DNA of 64,000 bases, taken from assembly GCA_002269645.1 (NCBI GenBank), contig NIVC01000604.1, positions 62,001 to 126,000 of the forward strand. The letters run 5' to 3'. The position numbers were made by a program, and so were the translations under genes. The notes beneath the pieces were generated by a model. It did not search any database. It was not told the origin of the DNA and was given only the letters and a program-made list of their open reading frames with translations. Positions 1-11,110 of the stretch are shown one piece after another (position 1 is the stretch's first letter; each line of letters opens with the position of its first letter). Source of the DNA: Macrostomum lignano. Lineage: Eukaryota.

Positions 1-112
1 GCTCTCGGGGCCTTGGAGTCCGCGGAGCTGATAACTCGCTCAACATCTGCAATGCAGTCTCAAGCCACGCCCAGATTTTCAGAGTCTGAACTTCAACCAA
101 AGGCTGTAAATC

Positions 113-1216
113 ATGTTTGAGCTAGTCAAGTTCTCTGGCAACTGCTCGCAGGTTATCAACGGAACGGATGAGGCGGCTAACGACTCGCGCGGCGAGTTCA
201 AAGGCGTTTTCAAACTGGCAATTATCTTGATAGGGTCGGTGAACCTTGTGCTCAACTCAATCTGCTTCTGCGTGTTCCTGCGCCACCGGCAGAAGGAGCC
301 GATCATGCGCCTGCTGCTGCTGTTCCTATCCGCCACGGAGATGCTCGCCAGCTTCGGCATGACCAGCGTGGAGATGCTGCGCGGCCTGACGGAGATCGCG
401 CGCGACCATGTCTTCTACGCGTCCTTCGCCGTCGCCAAGGCAACCATCGGCTACCTGAGCGCGACCTGGGTGCTGGCCAACTCGGCCCTGATGGCCCGCA
501 ACTGGTGCATCGTGCTGATCGCTGCCACCCGCAGCGAGGTGGTGCTCCGGCCGTTCTCCCGCAACACCGGCCGCTGCTTCAACCGCCGCCTGGTGGTGGC
601 GAATTTCGCCTGCATCGTCGGGCTCGGGCTGGCGTTCGGGCTGCCAAAGGCCTCGCAGGAGGAGTTCCACTACTGCGCCGAGACACGCCGGATTTTCAAC
701 CGGGTGCCGCTGCTGCCGTTCGCCGGCTACAACGAGTTCTGCCTGGCCTCCATGTTCTTCCAGGCGGTGCTGCCCGTGCTGGCTGTTGGCGTCGCCTCCG
801 TTGCCATGACGATGGGGCTGCGCCGGCACCAGCAGGGCCAGCAGGGTGGCCTGAACCCCAGCCAGCTGCAGTGCAACAAGGCCACCAGGACTGTACAGGT
901 GCTGCTGCTGGCCTTCGTGAGCATGGAGCTGCCCATGTTCGTCATGGTGCTGGTGGGCCTGCGGCTGCCGGAGGAGAGCCGGTTCTGGGACGTGTTCATG
1001 AGCTACGCCATGGAGGTGGCCAACCTGTGCATCAATCTGGACTCCACCTGCAACTTTTTTGTCTACATGTTCACCAACTCGGCCTTCAGAGATGTTGTCC
1101 TGCGAAGGCGTGGCGGCGGCCGAGGTGGGAGAGACAACAGACAGCAGCAGCTCCTTCAGCTGCAGCAGCATCGGCAGCAGTCCTTGCTGCGTGGGAAATC
1201 GCCAAGCAATGCCTAG
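113..1216 (+). CDS. Intronless class A (rhodopsin-like) orphan GPCR, 367 aa; peptide-receptor/chemoreceptor-like
   Basis: Seven hydrophobic segments and an N-terminal NCS/NGT glycosylation sequon. Motif equivalents: TM1 GSVNLVLN, TM2 LSATE (E at the usual D2.50), TM3 end TRSEVVLRPF (DRY equivalent), TM5 QAVLP, TM6 MELP, TM7 NLDSTCNFFVY (NPxxY equivalent). Strong GC3 codon bias. Confidence 0.9.
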   Translation: MFELVKFSGNCSQVINGTDEAANDSRGEFKGVFKLAIILIGSVNLVLNSICFCVFLRHRQKEPIMRLLLLFLSATEMLASFGMTSVEMLRGLTEIARDHVFYASFAVAKATIGYLSATWVLANSALMARNWCIVLIAATRSEVVLRPFSRNTGRCFNRRLVVANFACIVGLGLAFGLPKASQEEFHYCAETRRIFNRVPLLPFAGYNEFCLASMFFQAVLPVLAVGVASVAMTMGLRRHQQGQQGGLNPSQLQCNKATRTVQVLLLAFVSMELPMFVMVLVGLRLPEESRFWDVFMSYAMEVANLCINLDSTCNFFVYMFTNSAFRDVVLRRRGGGRGGRDNRQQQLLQLQQHRQQSLLRGKSPSNA

Positions 1217-1811
1217 GTTAAACAAAAAATCAAGCTTAAGAAAAGACAAAATCTCTCTTTTTCGCTTTGCTTCGACAAGAATTCTGTTTTTTAAATCTTT
1301 TATTATGGCTTAAACAACCTCCGATTCGTTCTCAGTTTTCTGTTTGGCTCTTTTCACTTCATGATCCCACTAGCATTGCCGAATGAATTCCCATAAAATC
1401 CTCCCGCCACTTCTTCGATTAAAACGAAAAAAATCGAAACCTCGTCCAAGGCCTCGGCTTGCTCGCTGTTGTACTTTAGTGGTGCGTTTAGCCTCCATTA
1501 GTGGCGCTCCATCTTCAGTCATAAAATCCAGATATTTTTAGGGTCTCGTTTTCAACTCACAGGCCCAGTGACTGTTGAGTACGCGTGTATCTGCAGTCCC
1601 CGATGCGGCATGGGGTCAGATTACTGCGCCATAACTGCGCTTCTGCACTACATTCTGCGCTGCAGGTACGTGTATAAGAGCACCAAGTGTGAGCGTATAG
1701 ATTGAATTGCTGAAAATTCTGTCTTATGTGTATTCATGGCTCTGAAAAGTTGATGAAACAACAGGTTTTATTTGTATTGCAAAAGTCATGCAACAAGCCC
1801 AGCCAGAACCC

Positions 1812-2119
1812 CAGCTCCAGGGTTAGAGCGTCGGACTCATGACTTGAAGGTCAGGGGTTCGATTCCCGATCCCAACTCGGAATAATTTGTGTCCTTCAGC
1901 AAGACACTTAACTCTGCATTGCTTCAGTTCACCCAGCTGGAAAATGGGTGCCAGCATTAGCTGGGGTAATTGAGGGCGTGTGTGGCGACCCTCCAGTCCT
2001 TGGACTGAACAGCCGTACGCAGCCTTCAGATGCACCGCGCAATAGCTGCGGCTGAGCTGTCGGTTGCACATCTGCACCACTTGAAGCCGGTGTAATCAAT
2101 TATTATTCTTATTATTATT
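1812..2119 (+). mobile_element. tRNA-derived SINE with CORE-like central domain and (ATT)n tail, copy 1
   Basis: tRNA-like head with B box GGTTCGATTCC. The segment TGTGTCCTTCAGCAAGACACTTAACTCTGCATTGCTTCAGTTCACCCAGCTGGAAAATGGG resembles the MIR/CORE domain. It ends in TTATTATT, and a second copy lies at 56905-57223. Confidence 0.8.
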
Positions 2120-2879
2120 AAAAGTCAGAGCTGCCCTAGATCAAATGCAGTCATTGATGATGCGATGAGAAACTGATTCTTTTCCTATCTCCGCAGTGTG
2201 TTTTTTTCTAGGAAATCGGCCTTCAAAAACTTACACGATCTTTGAGTTTTACGCCCTGTTATGCTACAGTGGTCCTTGGCTGCGCTCTTACTGCTCTCTA
2301 TCTATTTCATCTCGTGTGCCCTTTCTATGCCCTTTCTATCCAAACAGTACCGATTTACCGTGTACTCAGTCGTATGGAGTCATATTAATAAATACGGTTT
2401 GGCTCTGAGCTATTTCGCTTGCTCGTCTCTTTTCGCTTGCAAATATTTCGTGAACTGTGAGCTTGTCCAGACTAGCAGAGCCAAACAATCAATGCAATTG
2501 CGGATCGTGACCGAGGCCAGGTGCTTCAGGCGGAGCCGTGTGTCCATGCCGAGCACAAAGGCATGTTGGGCTGCCCGCTCTCGATATGACTTCCTTCCTT
2601 AGCCTTGAGTCTCTGCTATGCGGAGCAGGGCCAATCCAGCTGGGGCTCCACATCCGGTATGCGGAAAGACTCGCAGGTTTGATGCACGGCCGGAGTTAGC
2701 GAGCGAATGCTCACTTCAGCCGCCTAAACGGCAGGCTTGAAAGCCACTTCCTCTTAAGCTGTCATCTCAGATGATATTGATGGTATCGGACTGCCCCCTC
2801 TGCAGGCTGACCCGACAGGGCTGCGTTCTCATTCCATAATTTCAAATAGATAAAAAAACTGACGGTAACTTCCGAAAAT

Positions 2880-3248
2880 AGGTGCTGCGACTTCAGCTGA
2901 CAGGTGCTGCAACTTCCGCTAACAGGTGCTGCGACTTCCGCTAACAGATGCTGCGACTTCAGCTGACAGGTGCTGCGACTTCAGCTGACAGATTCTGCGA
3001 CTTCCGCTAACAGGTGCTGCGACTTCCGCTAACAGATGCTGCGACTTCCGCTAACAGGTGCTGCGACTTCCGCTAACAGATGCTGCGACTTCCGCTAACA
3101 GGTGCTGCGACTTCCGCTAACAGATGCTGCGACTTCCGCTAACAGGTGCTGCGACTTCCGCTAACAGGTGCTGCGACTTCCGCTAACAGGTGCTGCGACT
3201 TCCGCTAACAGATGCTGCGACTTCCGCTAACAGATGCCGCTGCGACTT
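2880..3248. repeat. Minisatellite, 22-bp unit CAGGTGCTGCGACTTCCGCTAA
   Basis: Period of 22 read directly; about 16 copies. Confidence 0.95.
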
Positions 3249-3595
3249 TCACAGATTCAGTTTTTCCGACAGCAGGTTTTATTGGCATATAATATGTGAG
3301 CAGTGAAACCTGGAGTACAGTCAAAATAAGTAACTGTTAATGCTGCCCAGATTCACAAAGGTCATAAATAATTTTGTTCATTGAGATTTAGTCTTTTATC
3401 CGCTCGTGTTGGGGACTGAGACAGCATTGATTTATTGCTGATCAACACAGAGACAAGGCTTGACTTGTTAACCAGAGAATTCTATTGAAAAATCCCCTTG
3501 CATCGGACTGAGAAAACTATACAATGGAACAACAAAGAATGAATTAATTAAATCAAGGATACTCGTAAGTACATGTAGTAGGGGTACACTGGGCG

Positions 3596-3776
3596 CAGAG
3601 TGACAATCGGGACAGAGTGACAATCGGGACAGAGTGACAATCGGGACAGAGTGACAATCGGGACAGAGTGACAATCGGGACAGAGTGACAATCGGGACAG
3701 AGTGACAATCGGGACAGAGTGACAATCGGGACAGAGTGACAATCGGGACAGAGTGACATTCGGGACAGAGTGACAA
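3596..3776. repeat. Minisatellite, 17-bp unit CAGAGTGACAATCGGGA
   Basis: About 10 near-perfect copies. Confidence 0.95.
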
Positions 3777-4410
3777 GAAATACACAAGCAGCCAGTGCAA
3801 AATTAGCCCTGCCTTTAGGTATGCAGCAATCAATAATGAAAAAAGACAACATAAAGCAGGATCTATGGATAATCTCAAGCTCGGGTAGACATCATTTTCT
3901 CTCGGATTTAGTTTGCAACTTGATTTCCTCTTGCTTGAGCACCGGCAACTGAGCTCTGAAAACTGAAGCAGCCAGGCCGTTCCGGGAACTCATCGACTGG
4001 CCGTAAATTAGGCGGATCATCCTGGTGCAGGACGAGCGGATTGCAAATCCAATGTCTCCGTAACTAACCCTGCGCTGAGATCCCCAGCCAAGACCCCCCG
4101 TATCCCTGTAGCAGCTCTTAATTTCCTCCAAGGCTCAGAAGAAAAAGATTTCCCCCAGACTCGGAAGCAGAGCGGCATGCAGATGGGGAGACAGGTTCGA
4201 CAAGAAAATGAGGTAGTGGCAGAGACTGGAATTCCCCCCTTCATCGATACGCGGCAGGAAATGGGCTGGCTGCATTATAAATGTCAGAGAAAGGGGTAGT
4301 GAGGTTCAGGACGAGAATAGTCTGAGATAAGAGATGAGAGAGAGAGGAGGAGAAGTGGCTTGAGAGCCAGACTAATAGAGGAGAATTTCATAGAATTCGG
4401 GGACGGTAGA

Positions 4411-6020
4411 GAGTGACGGGGTGACAGAGAGAAAGGGTGACAGAGAGGCGGGGTGACAGAGAGAAAGGGTGACAGAGAGACGGGGTGACAGAGAGACAGG
4501 GTGACAGAGAGACGGGGTGACAGAGAGACAGGGTGACAGAGAGACAGGCTGACAGAGAGACAGGGTGACAGAGAGACAGGCTGACAGAGAGACAGGCTGA
4601 CAGAGAGACAGGGTGACAGAGAGACAGGCTGACAGAGAGACAGGGTGACAGAGAGACAGGCTGACAGAGAGACGGGGTGACAGAGAGACAGGGTGACAGA
4701 GAGATGGGGTGACAGAGAGACAGGGTGACAGAGAGACGGGGTGACAGAGAGACGGGGTGACAGAGAGACAGGGTGACAGAGAGACGGGGTGACAGAGAGA
4801 CGGGGTGACAGAGAGACAGGCTGACAGAGAGACAGGGTGACAGAGAGATGGGGTGACAGAGAGACAGGGTGACAGAGAGAAAGGCTGACAGAGAGACAGG
4901 GTGACAGAGAGATGGGGTGACAGAGAGACGGGGTGACAGAGAGACAGGCTGACAGAGAGACAGGCTGACAGAGAGATGGGGTGACAGAGAGACGGGGTGA
5001 CAGAGAGACAGGCTGACAGAGAGATGGGGTGATAGAGAGACAGGGTGACAGAGAGACAGGGTGACAGAGAGACAGGGTGACAGAGAGACGGGGTGACAGA
5101 GAGACGGGGTGACAAATAGACAGGGTGACAGAGTGACAGGGTGACAGAGAGACAGGCTGACAGAGAGACAGGGTGACAGAGAGACAGGCTGACAGAGAGA
5201 CAGGGTGACAGAGAGACGGGGTGACAGAGAGACGGGGTGACAAATAGACAGGGTGACAGAGTGACAGGGTAGCAGAGAGACAGGATGACATAGAGACAGG
5301 GTGACAGGGAGACAGGCTGACAGAGAGATGGGGTGACAGAGAGATGGGGTGACAGAGAGACGGGGTGACAGAGAGACAGGCTGACAGAGAGACAGGCTGA
5401 CAGAGAGATGGGGTGACAGAGAGACGGGGTGACAGAGAGACAGGCTGACAGAGAGATGGGGTGATAGAGAGACAGGGTGACAGAGAGACAGGGTGACAGA
5501 GAGACAGGGTGACAGAGAGACGGGGTGACAGAGAGACGGGGTGACAAATAGACAGGGTGACAGAGTGACAGGGTGACAGAGAGACAGGCTGACAGAGAGA
5601 CAGGGTGACAGAGAGACAGGCTGACAGAGAGACAGGGTGACAGAGAGACGGGGTGACAGAGAGACGGGGTGACAAATAGACAGGGTGACAGAGTGACAGG
5701 GTAGCAGAGAGACAGGATGACATAGAGACAGGGTGACAGGGAGACAGGCTGACAGAGAGACAGGCTGACAAATAGACAGGGTGACAGAGTGACAGGGTAA
5801 CAGAGAGACAGGATGACAGAGAGACGGGGTGACAGAGAGACGGGGTGACAGAGAAACAGGTTGACAAAGAAACAGGCTGACAGAGAGACAGGGTGACAGA
5901 GAGACAGGCTGACAGAGAGACAGGGTGACAGAGTGACAGGGTGACAGAGAGACAGGCTGACAGAGAGACAGGCTGACAGAGAGACAGGCTGACAGAGAGA
6001 AAGGGTGACAGACAGGGTGA
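4411..6020. repeat. Minisatellite, 16-bp unit GGGTGACAGAGAGACA with variants
   Basis: About 100 copies; source of the spurious 527-656 aa ORFs. Confidence 0.95.
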
Positions 6021-6619
6021 GAACCGAAGAGCAGAATAGTAGAGACAGGATATTCGCCTGCTGCACTACTTGTAGTAGCTGGTCTAATTTGGTTCAGAAA
6101 GAATTCAATGCGCCTAATCGATGTAAAAGAGCTCCGCTTCCAGTCCAGATCTCTAGCTTTGAGGGCGGTCCATGACTGGCATCTGCGTTCCATCGGTAGA
6201 CAAAACATTTGGGCAATAAAGCGATCAGTGGCGCAGCGGGCACTAATTACCCAGCGGCGAATTTGGGCGCGCTCGCTTCGCCTGCGTTCCGACAGGCAGG
6301 CCATGAGGAAAACTGCCTTTTCTGCGAAGCAAGCTGCCCCCCTGGCGGCTGCCGGCAAATTGCATCCCGATGTCCCGGGGCCAACGCTGAATGTCGCCCA
6401 GCATTCCGGGAGAAATCCAGATTTTTAATATCCAATTTTATCTCTGCGGAATCGATCATACGCCCGGCTGTATCACTGAAGGGTTGGCATCGCTGCATCT
6501 GGCTAATGCAGCGGAATGCTGTTTTGGTTGCAAGTTTTTCGCTGTTTTCCCTCGCTATTGTTGTTTGCTATTCTCAATGCTGCATGCCTCGGTTGGCTGA
6601 GTGCTGGTCATGATTCAGC

Positions 6620-7400
6620 TGCTCTCTCTTCATCTCACTCTCTTCCCCCCTCTCTTCCTCTCTTCTTCTCCCCCCTCTCTCTCTCCCTCTTCTCCATCTC
6701 TCTCTTTTCTCCCTCTCTTCTTCTCCCTCTCTCCCCCTATCGGCTCTCCCTCTCTCTCCCCCCTCTCTCCTCTTCTCCCTCTCCCTCCCAGAGCAGAGAG
6801 TGCAGGAGAGAGCAGAGAGAGCAGGAGAGACCAGAGAGAACAACAGAGAGAACAACAGAGAGCAGGAGAGACCAGAGAGAACAACAGAGAGAACAACAGA
6901 GAGAACAACAGAGAGCAGGGGAGACCAGAGAGAACAACAGAGAGCAGGAGAGACCAGAGAGAACAACAGAGAGAACAACAGAGAGAACAACAGAGAGCAG
7001 GAGAGACCAGGGGGAACAACAGAGAGCAGGAGAGACCAGAGAGAACAACAGAGAGCAGGAGAGACCAGAGAGAACAACAGAGAGCAGGAGAGACCAGGGG
7101 GAACAACAGAGAGCAGGGGAGACCAGAGAGAACAACAGAGAGAACAACAGATAGAACAACAGAGAGCAGGAGAGACCAGGGAGAACAACAGAGAGCAGGA
7201 GAGACCAGGGAGAACAACAGAGAGCAGGGGAGAACAACAGAGAGAACAACAGAGAGCAGGAGAGACCAGAGAGAACAACAGAGAGCAGGGGAGAACAACA
7301 GAGAAGAACAACAGAGAGCAGGAGAGACCAGAGAGAACAACAGAGAGAACAACAGAGAGCAGGAGAGACCAGAGAGAACAACAGAGAGCAGGAGAGAGCA
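6620..7400. repeat. CT-rich tract followed by a composite GA-rich array (GAGAGAACAACA / GAGAGCAGGAGAGACCA)
   Basis: Low-complexity tandem units visible directly. Confidence 0.9.
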
Positions 7401-7935
7401 GAGGATCAAGTTGCAAACAATGCGTATTGCAGACATCGGATAAGAGTTGAAGTGATCAGATAAAACAAATGAAAAGTGGAAACTTGATTCTTAATTGAAT
7501 AAGAATCAGGATTGCATTGCTATTAAAATCTTGAGGCTTTCTCAACGGACTAATGCTTTATAAAAGGAATTAATCTGAAACGGCTCTTGGTAAATCGCAG
7601 ACTGAATAAAAGTGGCCCTGTTGGGACATTCGTGCAGACTTCGCATTCTGCCGACTGCCACCTAAGAGTAGAGAAGATTGCAAGCATTGTTTCTTTCAAA
7701 TGACTTCATCAATGAAGGTTGAATATAGTAAGCCATTTTTATCCAAGTTTTTCGCTGCCACGCGTCGTAATTTTGATTTCTCGATTGGTGTAATTTGTAA
7801 CTTTGTGCTACCTATCTGGCATGTAGCTAAATAGGAAATGTACTTCTTTCACAGTCAGTTCAACAGCTAATTTAGGGCCTGGATTGTAGCGGCTTTGTGA
7901 ATTCATGGCGGACACAAAGAGACCAGGACACTAAG

Positions 7936-8447
7936 TGGAGCGAGTGACGCTTGGTCGAGTGACGCTTGGTGGAGTGACGCTTGGTAGAGTGACGCTTGGT
8001 GGAGTGACGCTTGGTGGAGTGACGCTTGGTGGAGTGATGCTTGGTAGAGTGACGCTTGGTGGAGTGACGCTTGGTGGAGTGACGCTTGGTGGAGTGACGC
8101 TTGGTGGAGTGACGCTTGGTGGAGTGACGCTTGGTGGAGTGATGCTTGGTGGAGTGATGCTTGGTGGAGTGATGCTTGGTGGAGTGACGCTTGGTGGAGT
8201 GATGCTTGGTGGAGTGATGCTTGGTGGAGTGACGCTTGTTGGACTGACATTTGGTGCAGAGATATTGAATATAGACATTTAGCAGAGTGGAATTTCGTAG
8301 ATTGACACCTGGTAGAGTGACACCTGGTAAAGTGACACCTGGTAAAGTGACACCTGGTAAAGTGACACCTGTTAGAGTGACACCTGATAGAGTGACACCT
8401 GGTAGAGTGACACCTGGTAGAGTGACACCTGGTAGTGTGACACCTGG
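7936..8447. repeat. Two related 15-bp arrays: GAGTGACGCTTGGTG (7936-8240) and GAGTGACACCTGGTA (8300-8447)
   Basis: Period of 15; they translate as VTLGG and VTPGR repeats. Confidence 0.92.
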
Positions 8448-9167
8448 TGCAACGAAGTTTGATCTAGTTAAATCTGATGGAATGACATTTAGTGCCGTGG
8501 GATTTGGTGATCTAACATTTGACGGTGTGACATCTCATGGAGCGATATTTAGTGAAGTGACATCGGGGCAAAATGAAAATGTGTTTAAAAAATGACGGAG
8601 TAATTATGATTCTCGCCAATTACAGCAATGGGGGTGATACGCAAAAATATTTCAAAAGTATCTGCTTTCAATGTCAGTACAATGAAAGTACATTGCAGTG
8701 AGGAAATTCCTCCCATAGTCTTTAGACTGCTTAAAAACAAATCTAAGTTTTCTCGCTAATTTTACAGCTCAAAGTTAAGCAGTATGACCGGTTCCATCGA
8801 GTTTCGTTTCCTTCGATCGCGCGCAGTCGCTGGCTTCTATAAAATGCAAGCACGGCAGCGAGGGGGCACGGAGACGACAGGGCATTAAAAAGTGGAATGG
8901 TTTTTTCTCTAGCTAGAGGTCCTTCCATGAATCTGACATGAGGTTTCAGAGGCAGAACCACGCGCTGACCTTGTGATTGTTATCGCGTTATAAAAAAGGA
9001 TAGAATTGTCATTGACCTTGGACAATCACGCGCAAAGTCGCGTGATAGATGTTGACCTTGGAGAATCCGTTGCGGGGTTTCCAATTACTGTAAAGTAAAG
9101 CGCGTACTTATAGTATACTAAGCACAGGTCACGTGATCGACATTGACCTTGGAGAATTACGCATACA

Positions 9168-10436
9168 TTAGACACGGGTCACGAGATCATCAGAAAGCAA
9201 CGGCTGGGCCGGAGGCTCCGAGGGCTCCTCCGGCATGGTCGCTAGCCTCGGCTGGGGAGTCGCCTTCAATGCCGGCTCAGCAGCTCCGTTTCGGCCGATG
9301 CCGACGCAGTCGCTCCGCCGTCGGCTGCTCTCAGCTGGCCTCCAGTTTGGGCGTCGAGTCGTTGCCCAGCCGCTCAGCAGCCTGTCGGGGTCCTGAGATT
9401 GGTCGCGGCGTCGGCAACAGCGGCGCTGCAGGACGGCCGACCGGAACATCGAGTTGGTGGTCATGTAGATGATGAAGTTGCAGGTGGAGTCCAGATTAAC
9501 GCACAGGTTGGCGATGCCAATGGCGTAGGTGACGGCCGCGTCCCAGAACGGGTTGCCCTCCTCTACCCGGGTGCCGATGAGCACGAACAGGAACATGGGC
9601 GTCTCCATGCAGACGAAAGCGATGAGCAGAATCTGGATGGTGCGGGTGGCCTTGCTGTGCTGCGCGCTGGCGCCGCTGAATCCGACGCCGCTGGTGCCGG
9701 CACCGCCGCCGCCGCGCTCGTTGAGTTGATCGCTCCGACCCCGACTGCGCCGCAAGCCGATTGTCATGGCAACGGAGGCCACAGCTACGATGGCCACGGG
9801 CAGCACAGCCTGCAGGAACATGGTGACCACATAGAACTCCGAGTAATACTCGAAGGGCTTCAAGTCGTTTTTGGCAAAAATCCGCCCCGTGTCCTCGCAG
9901 AAGTTGAAGCCCTCCTGGAAGGCCTTCGGCACGGCGGAGGCCAGGCCCAGCAGCACGATGACCGCCGAGGTGGCCACCAGAGTTCGATGGCCGAAGAAGC
10001 GGCCGGTGTTGCGGGAGAAGGGGCGCAGGACGGCCTCGCAGCGGCTCACAGCGATCAGCACCACCGACCAGTTGCGGGCGATGATGAAGGCGTTCGCCAT
10101 CACCCAGGTGATCGTCAGGAAATTCACGATGCCGCGGGGCACCTGGGCGGACGGATAGCGGATCCGGGAGCCGACCACCTCCAGCAGGATGCGCACCGTC
10201 TCCACGCTGGTCATGCCGAATGACGTCATCATCTCATTGAAGGACAGGATGAGCAGCAGCAATCGCACGGTGGAGTCTCTCTGCTTGTGGCAGAGGAAGA
10301 CAAAAAAGCAGAGGCAGTTCAGCACGAGGTTGACGCAGCCGAGCAGCACGAAGGAGCCTTTGATGAGGCCGAGGCTGAGCGGCCCGGCCAGGCTGACGTT
10401 GCTGCAGTTCTCCGAGAGCGAATGCAGATGAAACAT
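9168..10436 (-). CDS. Second intronless class A orphan GPCR, paralog of 113-1216; probable start MFHLHSLSENCS at 10436
   Basis: Aligns by eye with the first GPCR at roughly half identity: VNLVLN, RLLLL, SFGMTSVE, ARNW, VLRPFSRNTGR, QAVLP, KATRT, NLDSTCNF. The ATG at 10436 matches the paralog start (MF...NCS). The ORF-track extension to 10601 has no counterpart in the paralog. Confidence 0.88.
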   Translation of the reverse strand: MFHLHSLSENCSNVSLAGPLSLGLIKGSFVLLGCVNLVLNCLCFFVFLCHKQRDSTVRLLLLILSFNEMMTSFGMTSVETVRILLEVVGSRIRYPSAQVPRGIVNFLTITWVMANAFIIARNWSVVLIAVSRCEAVLRPFSRNTGRFFGHRTLVATSAVIVLLGLASAVPKAFQEGFNFCEDTGRIFAKNDLKPFEYYSEFYVVTMFLQAVLPVAIVAVASVAMTIGLRRSRGRSDQLNERGGGGAGTSGVGFSGASAQHSKATRTIQILLIAFVCMETPMFLFVLIGTRVEEGNPFWDAAVTYAIGIANLCVNLDSTCNFIIYMTTNSMFRSAVLQRRCCRRRDQSQDPDRLLSGWATTRRPNWRPAESSRRRSDCVGIGRNGAAEPALKATPQPRLATMPEEPSEPPAQPLLSDDLVTRV

Positions 10437-10708
10437 TTCCTGATTCTGTCTGCTGGCAGGAGTTGCTACTAGAAGGAAATAGAGATTGGTAGCGAGCGCT
10501 ACTGTAAAGAAACTCTTCCGAGCTTTATTCTGCTTCTGCTCCTCTGGAGGACTCGGCCATTGGCCAAGGTAGGATTCCGGCCCGGCCAATGGACGCGTCA
10601 CCTGCTATTTCCTCAGAGTCAGACTCTGCCTCTACTCGTAGCTTCATCACCACACAGTTCTACAGGTAATAAAGTAATTTTTTTCATTAAAAACCATTGG
10701 ATGTGTTG

Positions 10709-11110
10709 CTCTCCCTCTCCCTCACCCTCTCCCTCACCCTCTCCATCTCCCTCTCCCTCTCCCTCTCCCTCTCCCTCAACCTCTCCCTCTCCCTCTCCCT
10801 CTCCCTCACCCTCTCCATCTCCCTCACCCTCTCCCTCTCCCTCTCCGTCACCCTCTCCATCTCCCTCGCCCTCACCCTCCCCTCTCACTTGTTCTCCCTC
10901 TCCCTCTCCCTCTCCCTCTCCCTCTCCCTCTCCCTCTCCCTCTCCCTCACTCTCTCCTTCTCCCTCACCCTCCCCTCCCCTCTCCTCCCTCTCCCTCTCC
11001 CACTCCCTCACCCTCCACTCTCACTCCCTCTGACTCTCCCTCACTCTGACTTACTCTCTCCCTCACCCTCACCTCTCTCTCCCTCTCCTTCTCCCTCCTC
11101 CTCTCTTCCT
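10709..11110. repeat. (CTCTCC)n polypyrimidine microsatellite
   Basis: Hexamer repeat read directly. Confidence 0.92.

Noticed and set aside
326-1249. Antisense and alternative-frame ORFs over the GPCRs, RFC5, the YR element and EGR exon 3
   Set aside because: Expected by-products of GC-rich codon usage; no independent motifs.
1812-1880. Possible tRNA-Met(CAT) gene
   Set aside because: No acceptor stem; it is a SINE head, and the other copy has CGC at this position, so CAT is probably CpG decay.
2400-2700. Minus-strand frame RERAAQHAFVLGMDTRLRLKHL, vaguely like LTR Gag
   Set aside because: Short, interrupted by stops, with no supporting LTR or pol sequence; needs BLASTx.
3911-7419. 14-bp inverted repeat GTTTGCAACTTGAT/ATCAAGTTGCAAAC as possible TIRs
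   Set aside because: A match of this length is expected by chance in 64 kb, and there is no TSD.
4284-7450. Long ORFs (200-656 aa) rich in SLSPCLSV or RETRENN
   Set aside because: They are translations of 16-bp and GA-rich tandem arrays, open in several frames, with no domain content.
10437-10601. 55-aa N-terminal extension of GPCR 2 in the ORF track
   Set aside because: It relies on a non-ATG start, has no counterpart in the paralog, and an acceptor-like AATCAG lies just before the ATG at 10436.
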